Shown: positions 37,393 through 46,218 of the stretch, piece after piece
Position numbering within the stretch: the first letter of the stretch is position 1
Layout of the letters: every line of letters starts with the position of its first letter
Virus record (IMG/VR): IMGVR_UViG_3300033067_000944
Coordinates: 1-63,122 of that record
Source of the DNA: a virus
Taxonomy: Duplodnaviria > Caudoviricetes
Strand: one strand, 5' to 3'
Length of the DNA: 63,122 nt
Translations under genes and position numbers: made by a program
The notes under the pieces: model-generated
Databases searched by the model: none
What the model saw: only the letters and a program-made list of their open reading frames with translations
What the model was told of the DNA's origin: nothing

Positions 37393-39183
37393 CTAAGCTC
37401 CTAAGGCGATGTGATTGCTGGCACCACTCTGACGGCGAGCACGGCGCTCGAACTTCTCGACCATCAAGTCCAACGCGGACTTCATGGTTTTTTGCACGAT
37501 GGATGGCGGCTTGCGATAACGCAGGCCCGGCCAGTGAATCAGGTACTCGGCACAGTTCTGCAAATGCGAGTACATGCTGCGCGGATCGGGATGATCTTGG
37601 ATGATTTTGTTGACCACCTTGCGGCGGTAATACTTGATTTCCATCTGGTAGTTTGGGGTCGTTTCCTTGACCACCAGAATTTTCGGTTTGCCGTCCGGCA
37701 GCCGTTCATTCAGCCACGAACGGACCATTGCACAACGACCGTCAACGTCGTCCGAGCCGAGCACAAAATCGTGACCGGTCGAGATGCTACTAACCTTGTG
37801 CTGACGGAAGGCGGCGACTAGCTGCTGACGAATGCTGAACCCACCAAACTCGCTACGCCGTGAACCGTGGTCGTCGATGACGAACGCCTGTATTTTCTGA
37901 TGCTCTAACTTCGCCTTCATCGCCTGCGCGATTTTGTCAGCGGTCGCGTTTCCGGTCAGGTAGATTTCGTCATAGAAGTAAATATGTTCGTGGTCGCCGG
38001 GCGGGACGGCGCAGAACAACGCGGCGCAAAATCGGTTGCCGGGGTCAATCGCGACGTAGCGGCACCAGCTATCGGGAATCCGCTTCTCGGGAAAGGATTC
38101 CAGCGAGACGCCATGCGTCGTGATGTTAAACTCGGGGTACATCAAGTAGCCGAGTGCGGCAAACTCGCCCAAGATACGGACGTTGTATTCGTCGGGGTTG
38201 TTCTTAAACTTCTCCTTGAGGATTTCCTTCTTGTAATCCTCCATGTACTTGTTGTTGTCCATCGTGACGAAGAATTCTTCGACGCGCGGCTTTTCCTTGA
38301 TGCGTTCGAGTCCCGCATCTTCGTGCAGCTTCAATAGCTGTTCCGTGCCGGCTTGCGGCGTGGCGGACCACATAAAGCGACCGGAGATGATGTCGGGCGA
38401 ATCCTCGAAGCGGTCCACCAAGCGGGCCGACATTTCGGGATACCAGTTGGAGTCCTCGATTTCTTCGTCGAACCACACCACGTCTACGTCCATACCCTGC
38501 GGCGGCTTGGCACCCGAGGCGTAGCAGCAGCATTCCCACCCGTTTACCATCGTGAACTTGGTAAACACGTTGTTCTTCTTCATGCGCCAAGCGATGCCCT
38601 TAAGTCCACCCTTGACCATGCGTCCAGGGATGAGCGGCGGCGCAGGCTTGGATTCCTTGACGCGATGGGCATCGTGCCACGGACGATAGGCGCGCCACTT
38701 CTGCGTGACTTCATCGCGGATCATCCGAAACGCACCAGCCTTGAACAGTTTCGGATAGATGACTTCGCCGATTTGCTTTTCGTCGAACGTGACGATATAG
38801 AGTCGTCCGTTCTTCTTGGGATACGGCAAGTAGGGATGATTGCCCGAGAGAATCCAGGCCGCTTCGACGGCACACGTTGTCGTCTTGCCCGAGCGATTGG
38901 AGCCTCTGTTGATGCGTTCCGCAGCACGCGACCGATGGAACTTCTCTTGCATCTCCATCGGTTCGTAGATGCGGAGCGATTCGCACTGCCGCTTCGCTAG
39001 TTCGAGTTTGACTCGCAACCAGCGAGCGGCGTCGTGCGGGTCGATCTTGGGTTTGGCTGGTGGTACTGCAACCGGAGTCGGTGCGTCCATCACGGGCGCA
39101 ACAGGCACGGACGCAACGTAACCGGCTGGGATCGCCGGCTTCGCTACGCCTTGCATTCGGTTGTAGATTTTCTTCTTAGCCAC
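37393..39183 (-). CDS. terL: Terminase large subunit
   Basis: GSNRSGKT Walker A, VWFDEE Walker B, SATP, AIDPG nuclease motif. Confidence 0.93.
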   Translation of the reverse strand: MAKKKIYNRMQGVAKPAIPAGYVASVPVAPVMDAPTPVAVPPAKPKIDPHDAARWLRVKLELAKRQCESLRIYEPMEMQEKFHRSRAAERINRGSNRSGKTTTCAVEAAWILSGNHPYLPYPKKNGRLYIVTFDEKQIGEVIYPKLFKAGAFRMIRDEVTQKWRAYRPWHDAHRVKESKPAPPLIPGRMVKGGLKGIAWRMKKNNVFTKFTMVNGWECCCYASGAKPPQGMDVDVVWFDEEIEDSNWYPEMSARLVDRFEDSPDIISGRFMWSATPQAGTEQLLKLHEDAGLERIKEKPRVEEFFVTMDNNKYMEDYKKEILKEKFKNNPDEYNVRILGEFAALGYLMYPEFNITTHGVSLESFPEKRIPDSWCRYVAIDPGNRFCAALFCAVPPGDHEHIYFYDEIYLTGNATADKIAQAMKAKLEHQKIQAFVIDDHGSRRSEFGGFSIRQQLVAAFRQHKVSSISTGHDFVLGSDDVDGRCAMVRSWLNERLPDGKPKILVVKETTPNYQMEIKYYRRKVVNKIIQDHPDPRSMYSHLQNCAEYLIHWPGLRYRKPPSIVQKTMKSALDLMVEKFERRARRQSGASNHIALGA

Positions 39184-39460
39184 CAGCGAGTTCCCGTTCC
39201 AAATCCTCTTCGCTCATGCTCGTTACATCGTCGTCGTCACCCTTGGCGCGAATGGACATTTGCACCAGCTTGACAACCAGGTCCATCACCTTGGCCTTCG
39301 TGGCCGAATTGCCTTCTTCGTAAGTCGCATCGAGTTTCTGCGCGATTCCATTCGCGCCACCAAATTGCTCCAAGCAAGCGTCTGTCAATTCGACAATCCG
39401 CTTGATATCGGTTTTCGCCTTACTGGCTTCACGAACCAGCGTGTTGAGTGATACGTCCAT
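39176..39460 (-). CDS. Probable terminase small subunit
   Basis: Helical ORF directly upstream of terL; ends MSEEDLERE. Confidence 0.5.
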   Translation of the reverse strand: MDVSLNTLVREASKAKTDIKRIVELTDACLEQFGGANGIAQKLDATYEEGNSATKAKVMDLVVKLVQMSIRAKGDDDDVTSMSEEDLERELAGG

Positions 39461-40922
39461 TAGTTGCTGACACTTCCGCAGGAATGGTTTTGTACCACAT
39501 TGAATTCTGTGTTCCGTCGATCCCGCATTCGTTCGCGGCACGAATGACGCCTGGAAACTGCGGCAGGTAATCGTGTCCGCAGACAACACCACCCGGACGC
39601 ACAAACGGCGACCATGCCGCGATATCGGCTTTCACGTCCTCGTATTCGTGGCTGGCGTCGATGAATACCATGTCGATTGCCGAGCACCAGTTGGCGGCCA
39701 CATCGAGCGATGCGCCACGATGCACGAAGATTGTCTTATTGAGACGGTCGCCGATGTTCGACAAGAAGGTTTCGTAGGCGTTTTTGGGAGCCTTACCCAG
39801 TTGATCGTTTGGGTTCCCTTTCCAATGATCGACGCAATGCACAATTGCGCCGGCATCGGCCATTTCGATTGCAGTCAGGCCAGCGTAGGTTCCAACCTCG
39901 ACGACGATAGGCTTGCGCCCTAGTTGTTCCCTCAAGTCGTGAATAGTTTCCACGAGCGCATCGCGGTCGCAAAACGGAACTTCGTGCCCCATCCAGTCCC
40001 CGGATGAGGACTTGGGAATGTCGTTGCGATGCGTGTCACCGACGAGAACTAGCCGGTCGTCCGCGTGCCGGCCTTCTAGTACGGATCGCTTGAGCGTGTC
40101 CGTCACAAAGTCGGTCGTGATGATGTAGGGCTTGCCTACGCATTTTGGTTTCCAGTGTCCGGCCCAGGCGTCCCAGTTGCAGAACACCGGGTTGTAGCCA
40201 AGCTCTAACTGTCCTCCGAGAGAAATGTTTCGCGTGTTGTACACGTCCTCGGTGGAACACTTCTTCATGCGCGGCCCAGGCTTCGGCTGATTGCAGACTT
40301 GGCAGCGCCCGCCGTCACCTTCCCATTCGTAATCGAAGTAGGGTCGGTCGATCAGGTCGAAGCACCGCATGTCATACATAATCACGCCGGTCGGCAGAGC
40401 AGCGCACGGCTGAATACCACTCATGGCGGCGGCTTCTTCGCGGCTGTAGGCAACGATGGATACGAACGGATTCGGCGTGCCCGTTTCTCGATGCGCCCAG
40501 CGAAATACGTAGACGTTCTCGATGCCGCCTTTGGTGGCGTGCGGAGGCGGTCCGCAATAAGGAGTTCCGACGACGTGTGGTCCGCGATCCCAGTTTTCAT
40601 AGAGAAAGTCGAAGCTCGATTCAAAGAACGGCTTCGCTAGCGGATCGTTGCCGACGTAAATGTCGGGGGCATTGTCGCTATCCAGCATGACAATGATGTC
40701 GATGCCGGCTTGCTGGGCGTGATGAATCGCTTGATTGCGGGTCATCGTGATCGGCGTATCGCTGATGCGAATCGAACTGATATCGCTGATGCGCGGGTCT
40801 TTTTTCGCCTTGCAGACGACGCCCGTTACCCAGTCGCAGATTTCTGGAATCTCTGCGGACGTAGCTCCATTACCGCCGTAGGGGAACCTCGCGATTAAGA
40901 CAGATAATTGTCTCGGCTTCAT
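39429..40922 (-). CDS. Glycosyltransferase (GT-A-like) fused to a class I SAM methyltransferase
   Basis: RNQAI...MLDSD...TGVIMY...RPYF...TEDVY; VEVGTYAG, FIDASHEYE, GHDY. Confidence 0.8.
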   Translation of the reverse strand: MKPRQLSVLIARFPYGGNGATSAEIPEICDWVTGVVCKAKKDPRISDISSIRISDTPITMTRNQAIHHAQQAGIDIIVMLDSDNAPDIYVGNDPLAKPFFESSFDFLYENWDRGPHVVGTPYCGPPPHATKGGIENVYVFRWAHRETGTPNPFVSIVAYSREEAAAMSGIQPCAALPTGVIMYDMRCFDLIDRPYFDYEWEGDGGRCQVCNQPKPGPRMKKCSTEDVYNTRNISLGGQLELGYNPVFCNWDAWAGHWKPKCVGKPYIITTDFVTDTLKRSVLEGRHADDRLVLVGDTHRNDIPKSSSGDWMGHEVPFCDRDALVETIHDLREQLGRKPIVVEVGTYAGLTAIEMADAGAIVHCVDHWKGNPNDQLGKAPKNAYETFLSNIGDRLNKTIFVHRGASLDVAANWCSAIDMVFIDASHEYEDVKADIAAWSPFVRPGGVVCGHDYLPQFPGVIRAANECGIDGTQNSMWYKTIPAEVSATNGRITQHAGS

Positions 40923-40958
40923 TTCTGGCGCTTTCTCGAAAAGGGTTCATAAAAACAA

Positions 40959-41351
40959 CTACACACCGGCTACGGATTTCCAAGCCGATCCATTCCAAAA
41001 CTTGATCGTGGTTGTGGTGGTGTCGAAAACGAGTTGCCCAGCCGTTGGAGTTCCGGGAAGAGAGCCGGTTGCGAATCCGGGAAGTACAATTCCATTCGCG
41101 GTGATGTTCACTCCACCGAATGACCCCGAGGTCGAACCAACTACTGCCAGCCCAGTCACGATTCCTGACGCGGCAGTGACGTTCGCACTGGACGTAATCG
41201 TTCCGCAGGTAATGCCACCCGCAGATACATCCAGCGAACCGCCAACGATAGAACTGGTCCCGAAGTTGGAGTCGAGGTTGTCGCAAATCTCTTTGGCAAC
41301 GCCGATATCGAACGTCTGAGATAAGGCGTTTTTGGTCTGTGCGCTTACCAT
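40959..41351 (-). CDS. Small virion protein
   Basis: GQLVFDTTT..IKFWNGSAW. Confidence 0.65.
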   Translation of the reverse strand: MVSAQTKNALSQTFDIGVAKEICDNLDSNFGTSSIVGGSLDVSAGGITCGTITSSANVTAASGIVTGLAVVGSTSGSFGGVNITANGIVLPGFATGSLPGTPTAGQLVFDTTTTTIKFWNGSAWKSVAGV

Positions 41352-41362
41352 GATTCACCTAT

Positions 41363-41416
41363 AAAAAAACCGCGCTGGCGAGTCGCCCCACCAGCACGGC
41401 CCGAGTCGCGCCAGCG
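41363..41416 (-). terminator. Terminator with a competing alternative stem
   Basis: On minus, CCGTGCTGG/CCAGCGCGG then T7; an upstream CGCTGGCG can pair with the 3' arm. Confidence 0.65.
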
Positions 41417-41445
41417 ACATGCTTGCAATTCCGATGAGGCGCGAA

Positions 41446-42063
41446 CTACCATTTCGTAACGTGGACAAGAACGTCGGCAGCCGTGCCAATCGTGGTTCCG
41501 GCGTAAGTCGCGTTCGATGCCACCGCCGAGAGTGCATAGCCGATCCGATTCAGAACCGGATTCGTCGCAGCACCCGCAGTCGCCAGCGTCATCGTTGCCG
41601 GAGTAACGTGACCAGCGGAATTCGATGTCGATGCCGCCGAAGTGCTTCCGACGAGCAAGTCGCCGTCAGCAATCGCAGCCAGAACGTCAACGGTCTGGGT
41701 TGCCATCGCCGGACCTTCCAGCACAATCCAGCCGATGTCGTTGACGGGGATGCCGGTTGTGGCCGGCAGATACTCGTCAACCAGAAACGCACGTTGCGAT
41801 CCGAGCATCGAGTGACCATCGGCCTGCTTCACGCGATTCAGACCAGACGCCTTGAGCGTCACGCCGCGCTTGGGCAGCAAGCCAATCGTTCCGACGTTCC
41901 GAACAGCCATGCAGCGAACTGGCATATTTGTTCGCGTAATGCCCGTCGCTGGATTGACATCCTCGAAGTCCCAGATAGTTCCTTCGATGTTCGTGCCGTC
42001 AGTCGTGGTCGTTACCCCCAGCGTAGCGCCACGGGGAAACGGGGGATTCTTTCTCGATGACAT
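41446..42063 (-). CDS. Capsid decoration/cement protein
   Basis: Directly after the capsid gene; GWIVLEGPA; A/T/G-rich. Confidence 0.65.
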   Translation of the reverse strand: MSSRKNPPFPRGATLGVTTTTDGTNIEGTIWDFEDVNPATGITRTNMPVRCMAVRNVGTIGLLPKRGVTLKASGLNRVKQADGHSMLGSQRAFLVDEYLPATTGIPVNDIGWIVLEGPAMATQTVDVLAAIADGDLLVGSTSAASTSNSAGHVTPATMTLATAGAATNPVLNRIGYALSAVASNATYAGTTIGTAADVLVHVTKW

Positions 42064-42095
42064 ATTTCAACTTCCCTTAGCTAGGGTTAATGGAT

Positions 42096-43220
42096 TTAGA
42101 CGATGCCGTTGGTCGAGTTGATGTTGGTGAACTTGCAGAAGTGACGCGGGCTTTGGCAAACCAAGTTGCCGAAGTACCGAGCCATGTAGCGGTTCGCCTG
42201 CGACTCTTCGTCGTAGAACGGACCCTTCAACTCGAACAACGTGTCTTTGGTCGAGTACAGCGTCATAAAGTCGGCGTTGATGCCGTAGCCGAGCGGAGCC
42301 GGCACCGAGTAGTCCGACATGACTTCCACGCCGTCGATGCTCATCACATCCTTGAACCCGAGCGAAACCATGCCGTCGTTCTTATCGACGTTGATGCGCT
42401 GAATCGGATCCCACTTGTCCTTGAACTGACGGTACAGGTCGCGATCCAACAGGATCAGATCGAGGTCGCCACGCTTCGACTTGTTACGCTTCGAGTGCGT
42501 AATGCCGAACCGCAACGCTTGAACGCACTGTTGCGCGAACGTCGCAGCCGCACCGCCGAATGCTGTGGACTCGTAGTTGACGACGAGCGGCGTCCAGAAA
42601 TCCAGGCCCGGTTGAGAAACGACACCGAGCGGCCAGCCAGCGGCGGGCAGCGAACCAGTGTAGTTTCCGAGCGTGCAAACCAATCCGGCGTAAGTCGCAG
42701 TCGGCCAGCCGACGTAATCGGCAGCATTCGCAGAGCGAGTACCGGAAGCGGTTGCGATGGTGTTCGTGCCGGTCGTTCCGAACATGGATTCCAAACCGGT
42801 GATATCGCCGGTGTTGGTTACGTCCGATCCGAACAACTTGTCTGGGAACTGTTCCTCAAGCGTTTGCGAGAGCCGCTTGCCGAGGTTTTCAAAGACGTTG
42901 ACCAGGGCTTCTGGCCCTTTATTCAACTCAAGTTCCCGATCATAGATGGCATCGGTAGCACCGTAGCCACGGTAGGTCAGGTACGCATTTTTGTACGCAT
43001 CCTGGCGAGCAAACGTGAGCGTTTGTTCGTGGTTGTTCTGTTGCATCGGGGTCTGTCGGTATTCAACCTGCCATTGAATGCCGTCGCCGCCGACGTTGTT
43101 GACGATGCGTCCCTTCTTTTTCAGCAACGCCAGTACGGCGCGATTACGAAACACTTCCGCTTCGTACCCCTTGAGGTACTTGCGAGTCGTGGTCGTGGCA
43201 ACACGTGTCCACTCAGCCAT
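42096..43220 (-). CDS. Major capsid protein
   Basis: 374 aa; ATTTRKY, GGDGIQWQVEY, GLESM, LGFK, GNLVC..PR; follows the scaffold. Confidence 0.85.
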   Translation of the reverse strand: MAEWTRVATTTTRKYLKGYEAEVFRNRAVLALLKKKGRIVNNVGGDGIQWQVEYRQTPMQQNNHEQTLTFARQDAYKNAYLTYRGYGATDAIYDRELELNKGPEALVNVFENLGKRLSQTLEEQFPDKLFGSDVTNTGDITGLESMFGTTGTNTIATASGTRSANAADYVGWPTATYAGLVCTLGNYTGSLPAAGWPLGVVSQPGLDFWTPLVVNYESTAFGGAAATFAQQCVQALRFGITHSKRNKSKRGDLDLILLDRDLYRQFKDKWDPIQRINVDKNDGMVSLGFKDVMSIDGVEVMSDYSVPAPLGYGINADFMTLYSTKDTLFELKGPFYDEESQANRYMARYFGNLVCQSPRHFCKFTNINSTNGIV

Positions 43221-43240
43221 GTGCTCAGCCCTTTCTCAGT

Positions 43241-44260
43241 TCAGAAACCAGACATGCCGGCTTCTTTGAGGTCTTGCATCAACATCTGACGCAGGTTTAG
43301 GAGTCCGTTTTGGTCTGGCGCATCGTTGGTTTTCGGAATGGAACCGCTGCGATTCGGTGTACGAACGGCAGCGTTCTTAAGAAATTGCTGGCGGGTATCG
43401 ACGGCTTGCGTCTCGGCGACTTGTTGCTGTCCGCGCTGGGCGTTGATTTCCAACGTCAGCATCCGTTCGCCCATTTCGAGCGCTACGCGATCCTGAATGC
43501 CCGGCACCTTGACGGCGATGTCTTGCAGGATTTCACCGAGCCGGCGCCCGTAAGCTGACGGCACACCTTGACCGGTGATTTGATTGAACAGCGGGCGACC
43601 GTCTGGTCCTTTTTCATAGGCCCAGTCCGCATTCTCAGCGAGATAAGTGCGTTGAAACGTCTCGGCTTGAATCTGTTGGAACCGTTGATTGACCGCCTGT
43701 TCGGCAATCGCGGCGGCTTGCTGTTGAATGAACGGCGCAAGCGCTTCGCCGGGATTGTGAGTGAACTTCTCAACGAAGTTCATGCGGTATGTATTGAACG
43801 CTTCGATCTCGGATCGAGCGGATACCGGCGCGGATTCGATGGGCTGACCGTCCGGTCCCATGTACCGACGACTGGCATCGGATAGCTGCGGCGGGGACCA
43901 CGGATTCGGCGGCGGCTGCGGAGCGTACTGCTGTTGGGCGAAGTGCTGCTGCTGAACTAGCTGCTGCTGTTGCTGCCGGCGAAACTCGGCAAGCTCGTAC
44001 TGGGCCTGTTCCAACTGCCGATGCTGTTGGAGTAGGTACTGCTGCTGTTGAGCGATTTGGCCGAAGGCGGCTTCGTCACTGTCGGCATCGACGTGAACAC
44101 CAGCGGCCAAGAGTTGGTCGCGGAAAATGGTCGAGGGCGTGACCGCCTCTGGCGCGGCGGCAGTCTCGGACGTTTCGTCCGATAGAACTGGTTCGTTTTC
44201 GAGGACTTCCGTATCAACGGCTTCGTCGTCGATTACTTCGGCTGCTTCGGCTGGCGTCAT
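43241..44260 (-). CDS. Capsid scaffolding protein
   Basis: Acidic N-terminus, Q-rich coiled coil, immediately upstream of the capsid gene. Confidence 0.7.
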   Translation of the reverse strand: MTPAEAAEVIDDEAVDTEVLENEPVLSDETSETAAAPEAVTPSTIFRDQLLAAGVHVDADSDEAAFGQIAQQQQYLLQQHRQLEQAQYELAEFRRQQQQQLVQQQHFAQQQYAPQPPPNPWSPPQLSDASRRYMGPDGQPIESAPVSARSEIEAFNTYRMNFVEKFTHNPGEALAPFIQQQAAAIAEQAVNQRFQQIQAETFQRTYLAENADWAYEKGPDGRPLFNQITGQGVPSAYGRRLGEILQDIAVKVPGIQDRVALEMGERMLTLEINAQRGQQQVAETQAVDTRQQFLKNAAVRTPNRSGSIPKTNDAPDQNGLLNLRQMLMQDLKEAGMSGF

Positions 44261-44422
44261 ACGATCTACTCACTAGCGCAAAAAAGGCGTCTAGTAAGTA
44301 AATCAGGGAGAGGTTTTTTTAGACCGAACGCAAGTTGTTGCCGTAGCTAGTCTTAGGTTGTTCTGTACCATCGGAAAATCAGGGGTAAAAAATGCGCACC
44401 TTTAGCGCACCTTTTCCGGCGC

Positions 44423-45280
44423 CTAGCCCAACGCAGGCGGCATGGTCGTCTGCTGGCCGCAGATGCGCGAATCCTTGTAGTGTCTCTCGAATAGTTGCGG
44501 AGAACGATGCCCGAGGTGTGCCGATCCGCACCCCGGCTGCGACCGTTCAACCGCACTGGCCGACAGGATGCGGATTCCCTTGGTCGCTTTCTTCGTCTCG
44601 ACACCAGCAGCAATCCGTATCGCGTGAAATAGCGGATACCAGCGATTCCGGTTGCACCAGAGCGGCCAGATTAGCCGCCTGTCTGGTTGTGACGCCATGC
44701 AGGCGTCGATTGCTTCTAGCGTTGACGGTCGCAACTGTACGCGGTGTGTATGTCCCGTCTTGCCCTGGGCAATCGAGAGATAACCGCCCGGCCAAATCCA
44801 AGAGCGTTCGAGCGACAGAACATCACTCAGCCGCAACGCGGTATCGTAGCTCGCCATCAGGAACGACGGCCACCAGAGTCGGCGGGGAATCTTCACCTTC
44901 CGACCGACGTTTCCAGTGAGCGATTCGGCAACGCGGATCATCGCGGATAGCTCACCGGGAAGGAAGCCGACCGGGATCAACTCGGGGCACTTGATGCGGC
45001 GAATCCTGCCGACTGGCGGGGCGAGTCCGGCATCGTGGGCGGCGGTCCAGAGTGTGACAATGCAGCGGCGTTTGCCGTGGATTGTTGGTGCGGCTAGACC
45101 GGACTGCTGCTGGCTAACAAGCCAAGCGTTGACCTGATCGGATGACAATTCAGCTAGCGATATCGGATGGCCGACGAACCGCTCTAGGCCGCGTGCGGCA
45201 ATTTCCAACTGCACCACATAGCCAGCACTGACGCCTCGGTGCATCGCGTAAGTCGCCGCATACCCCAATAGAGTTTCCAT
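44423..45280 (-). CDS. int: Tyrosine integrase
   Basis: DTALRLSD, KT, KGIR, HLGH, RHY; adjacent to a tRNA fragment. Confidence 0.85.
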   Translation of the reverse strand: METLLGYAATYAMHRGVSAGYVVQLEIAARGLERFVGHPISLAELSSDQVNAWLVSQQQSGLAAPTIHGKRRCIVTLWTAAHDAGLAPPVGRIRRIKCPELIPVGFLPGELSAMIRVAESLTGNVGRKVKIPRRLWWPSFLMASYDTALRLSDVLSLERSWIWPGGYLSIAQGKTGHTHRVQLRPSTLEAIDACMASQPDRRLIWPLWCNRNRWYPLFHAIRIAAGVETKKATKGIRILSASAVERSQPGCGSAHLGHRSPQLFERHYKDSRICGQQTTMPPALG

Positions 45281-45449
45281 TCCGCCCGCCCTAGTTTAGC
45301 GCAGCACAAAGACATAACTACGCTCCGTCTGGTAAATGGGCTGCGCGACAGGGACACCAATCGAAGCTGTCTTAGCTCCGTTCCGTTTGGCATCGCCATA
45401 GTAATTGCGCACCTGCGTGGTGCAACATTATTTCCGAAAGATATCTACG

Positions 45450-45491
45450 TTCCCAAGCTGGATGTCGAGAGTTCGAGTCTCTTCGCCCGCT
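45450..45491 (+). other. attP core: 3' half of tRNA-Gly(CCC)
   Basis: TTCCCAA-GCTGG-ATGTC-GAGAG-TTCGAGT-CTCTT-CGCCCGC-T; the 5' half is absent. Confidence 0.85.
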
Positions 45492-45522
45492 CTTTGAAAA
45501 CCTGTTTTTATGGAGCAAACCG

Positions 45523-45681
45523 ATGAAGTCGTCTGAAAATTGGAACAACGAATCCGTTCGGGATCGCGAGCGCCGCGAACTGGATGCCAATGTCGAAAAG
45601 CGACTCCAAAACCTAGAAGCCCGAATGAACGACTTAGAACCCAGGGTCAAAACACCAAAGGCTCGCAAGTCACCGATATAG
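45523..45681 (+). CDS. Small coiled-coil protein (52 aa, not in ORF track)
   Basis: GGAG RBS; MKSSENW...; followed by a terminator. Confidence 0.55.
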   Translation: MKSSENWNNESVRDRERRELDANVEKRLQNLEARMNDLEPRVKTPKARKSPI

Positions 45682-45690
45682 ACAGACATT

Positions 45691-45752
45691 GAGTCGCGGC
45701 GACTGTATCCCCAGCTTAGCGGGGTGTCTTACCAGTCGTCGCGGCTCTTTTT
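45691..45752 (+). terminator. Rho-independent terminator
   Basis: GAGTCGCGGCGACTG/CAGTCGTCGCGGCTC then T5. Confidence 0.75.
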
Positions 45753-45755
45753 CCG

Positions 45756-46064
45756 TTGCCCAACTATCCCGATAACGCTACCATAAGATGGATGATTGCA
45801 ACAATGGATTTACAAAAATTATGCTCCGTGGAAGAAGCGGCCCGCGTTCTAGGACGTGACCCAAGCCTTGTGCGCCGATTTTGCAGAGAAAACAGGATCA
45901 AAGCAAAGCCAATTGGCAAAAGAGGTTGGGTGATCGACCGCAAGGATTTGGACCGATTTATGATGGAGGAACGCCCAGCAGGACGACCAGGACAAAATCG
46001 AACAAAGAAAATCAACAAAAGCACTAAATAGGTATTGCAATCTATCCCGATAGTAGGATAGATT
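45756..46064 (+). promoter_or_regulatory. Two promoters sharing CTATCCCGATA in the spacer
   Basis: TTGCCC-17-TACCAT (45756-45784) and TTGCAA-18-TAGATT (46035-46064); 11-mer at 45764 and 46042. Confidence 0.65.
45792..46031 (+). CDS. Excisionase-like HTH protein
   Basis: SVEEAARVLG....VRRFCRENRIKA....GWVI. Confidence 0.8.
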   Translation: MIATMDLQKLCSVEEAARVLGRDPSLVRRFCRENRIKAKPIGKRGWVIDRKDLDRFMMEERPAGRPGQNRTKKINKSTK

Positions 46065-46218
46065 AACGCCCGTTGAGCGAAGAGTAAGACCTTTTCTCAA
46101 CGAGAATGACGCTAAGCAACCCTCTAGCCCACATCTGGGCCGGTTCGTTGCACACGAACGATTTTCCAACAAGCGCACAGCCTAGTTTTCCGTGCGCTGA
46201 CAGAACGGAGTCTGCAAC

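Noticed and set aside
42090-43289. 399-aa plus-strand ORF and other long antisense ORFs
   Set aside because: Shadow frames of the capsid, portal and terminase genes, expected from GC-rich codon bias
43920-44050. CTG/CAG-rich tract as a DNA repeat element
   Set aside because: It encodes the poly-Gln region of the scaffold protein
45420-45495. Complete tRNA-Gly gene
   Set aside because: The 5' acceptor strand, D-arm and 5' anticodon stem are missing; it fits an attP core
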